A DNA stretch of 38,490 nucleotides from a virus (lineage: Duplodnaviria > Caudoviricetes): IMG/VR virus record IMGVR_UViG_3300032334_000080, positions 1-38,490 of that record; one strand, 5' to 3'. This document shows positions 36,555 to 38,490 of this stretch, piece by piece. A program made the translations under genes and the position numbers. How positions within the stretch are numbered: the stretch's first letter is position 1; the number at the start of each line of letters is the position of its first letter. Under the pieces are notes generated by a model. The model was given only the letters and a program-made list of their open reading frames with translations. It ran no database searches and was not told the DNA's origin.

Positions 36555-37190
36555 ATGGCAACCGCATCGGTAATGACTTACGACTCTTTAGTCGAGAATA
36601 TTCAGTCATATTTGGAGCGGACAGATGCTGCAACTCTTGAAAAAATCCCTCTTTTCATCATGCTTGCAGAGCAGATCATTGCAAGCCAAATCAAGTTCTT
36701 AGGCAACCTAACTGTCAATGAAAGCACTATGACGGCCACAGAAGCCATCATAGATAAGCCTGCTCGATGGCACAAAACAGTCTCAATGAATGTCGTTGTT
36801 GATGGCTCAAGAACTCCTGTCCTTTTGCGAAAGTATGAGTATCTGAGGGAGTATTGGCCTGATGCCACCGAAACGGGTGTCCCTGCATACTATGCAGACT
36901 ATGACTATACCCATTGGTTGGTAGCCCCAACACCAGAGGAATCCTATACCTTTGAAGTTTTGTACTATGAGCGAGTTCAGCCTCTTGACTCCTCAAACCA
37001 AACCAACTGGTTTACTATTTATGCCCCACAGGCATTGCTTTATGGCTCTTTGTTGCAGGCTATGCCATTCCTCAAGAATGATGAGCGTATGCCGATGTGG
37101 CAACAGAACTATGACTTGATCATGCAAACCTTAAAGACGGAAGACATTCAAAGAATTGGTGACCGTCAAGCCTCTGTATTGGATACCTAA
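36555..37190 (+). CDS. Head-tail adaptor / tail tube-type protein
   Basis: 'TYDSLVENIQSYLER', 'G.PAYYA', 'VAPTP' and 'NWF...APQALLYGSL' patterns. Confidence 0.6.
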   Translation: MATASVMTYDSLVENIQSYLERTDAATLEKIPLFIMLAEQIIASQIKFLGNLTVNESTMTATEAIIDKPARWHKTVSMNVVVDGSRTPVLLRKYEYLREYWPDATETGVPAYYADYDYTHWLVAPTPEESYTFEVLYYERVQPLDSSNQTNWFTIYAPQALLYGSLLQAMPFLKNDERMPMWQQNYDLIMQTLKTEDIQRIGDRQASVLDT

Positions 37191-37192
37191 CT

Positions 37193-38434
37193 ATGAGTTA
37201 CAACTCCCCTTTCACAGGCAACGTTGTTCAACCAACGGATGTCTCATACCGCCGAATCATTCTGACAGCAGACTTGCAGTTGTCCTGGCCCATCAATGGA
37301 ACTTCAACTGATGATGCCGCCGCTCGAATCATGGAGGTGTCAACCACCTCTACCGCAAACCAGTTGTGGATGCCCCCAGCCAACCAAGCATCGGTAGGTC
37401 AGGACGCACTGATTCGCAACGTCGGTGGAGTTGACCTTGACGTCTATGACTTTGATGGTCAGAACACGATTGTCACCATCGCCGCGGGCGAAGCCCAGTA
37501 CATCTACATTACCGCCAATCCTGATGAGGCTGGTACTTGGGGCATCATTGCTTATGGTATTGGCTCTTCTGGTGCTGATGCCGCAACCCTTGCTGGCTAT
37601 GGTTTGATTGCTATTGGGCAGACTCTAAACCAATCCCAGCCTGTCACCACTTTCTCCTCCAACTACACGGCGGTCTTTTCTGACTTAGCCAATGCTTATG
37701 TGTGGACAGGGGGCGCGGGAACATTAACTTTGAGTGCCGCCTCAGTCCTTGGTGACTCTTGGTTCATGCTGATTCGCAACAATGGAACTGGGGCATTGAC
37801 TATTACTGGGACTGGCGGAAACACTATCAATGGCTCAACTTCTATCATTCTTCAGCCATCTGACTCTTGTGTAATTGTCTGCTCTGGCACGACTTTCTAT
37901 ACTGTCGGCTTGGGCAAGTCAACTCAGTTTGCCTTTACCCAATTGACCAAAGCGGTACTAACTGGAACCTACACTCTGACTGCCGCAGAGGCGGCTAACG
38001 TGGTGCAGAAGTACACAGGCACTTTGACAGGGAATGTGACCATCATCGTCCCCCCTACTGTTCAGGTGTACTACATTCAAAATGCGACTGTGGGCGGTGT
38101 GAGCAACTACACCATCACCATCACAACCAACTCTGGTGGATCAACCGCTACGATTGCTGCCAATCAGCAGTCAACCCTTATTTGTGACTCAGTCAACTTA
38201 GTCAATGCCAACACCGTGTTGGCTGGTTCTACGGCTCTTAGTTTGATTGATGGCACAGTCTCCTCGCCCGCTTTGAACTTTGCCAATGAAAGCACAACTG
38301 GTGTGTACCGGGCGGCATCTGGTGAATTCAACATTGCCATCTTGGGTGTGTTGCGCTCTACCTTGTCAGCAACTGGTTTGGCAATTGTGGGTACTGGTAA
38401 CTTCACAGGTGGCATCTCTGGTGGTACATACTAA
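37193..38434 (+). CDS. Tail structural or fibre-base protein
   Basis: Beta-rich Thr/Gly composition; C-terminal GGISGGTY. Confidence 0.6.
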   Translation: MSYNSPFTGNVVQPTDVSYRRIILTADLQLSWPINGTSTDDAAARIMEVSTTSTANQLWMPPANQASVGQDALIRNVGGVDLDVYDFDGQNTIVTIAAGEAQYIYITANPDEAGTWGIIAYGIGSSGADAATLAGYGLIAIGQTLNQSQPVTTFSSNYTAVFSDLANAYVWTGGAGTLTLSAASVLGDSWFMLIRNNGTGALTITGTGGNTINGSTSIILQPSDSCVIVCSGTTFYTVGLGKSTQFAFTQLTKAVLTGTYTLTAAEAANVVQKYTGTLTGNVTIIVPPTVQVYYIQNATVGGVSNYTITITTNSGGSTATIAANQQSTLICDSVNLVNANTVLAGSTALSLIDGTVSSPALNFANESTTGVYRAASGEFNIAILGVLRSTLSATGLAIVGTGNFTGGISGGTY

Positions 38435-38490
38435 TGACAAAAAAAGTTTTTGCTATTGACACCCAACCCGGAGTTCAGCGGGATGGAACT
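38434..38490 (+). CDS. Start of the next tail gene (3'-truncated)
   Basis: TAATG coupling; MTKKVFAIDTQPGVQRDGT remains open to the window end. Confidence 0.5.
   Translation, partial: MTKKVFAIDTQPGVQRDGT

Noticed and set aside
1-38490. tRNA, rRNA, integrase or stop-codon reassignment
   Set aside because: None recognised by eye; genes tile the + strand under the standard code with all three stop codons in use.

Overview
A 38.5-kb piece of a tailed dsDNA phage genome (podovirus-like layout), with essentially all genes on the + strand. The order is: (i) a replication module (5'-truncated YdaU/DUF1376-type initiator containing an iteron origin, stand-alone primase Zn finger, DnaB-like helicase); (ii) a nin-like cluster with RusA, a very long C5 cytosine methyltransferase and a Ref/HNH-like protein; (iii) a promoter-led cluster of small, probably early genes; (iv) terS, terL, a 1721-aa polyvalent protein, portal, GroES, scaffold and capsid genes; (v) head-tail joining proteins, several fibres, a lysis cassette and further tail genes. 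The main signals are: a methyltransferase with about 11 tandem TRD-like modules and an out-of-frame nested gene resembling the M.EcoHK31I beta subunit; a 1.77-kb early region with no CG dinucleotide; a recurrent xxxGG motif at module junctions in three head-region proteins, suggesting a cargo-processing or capsid-loading code; a dispersed AACCGANTCGGTT palindrome; and two pseudoknot-capable elements in the tail region. Functional calls come from motif recognition by eye, counts are manual, and no searches were run.
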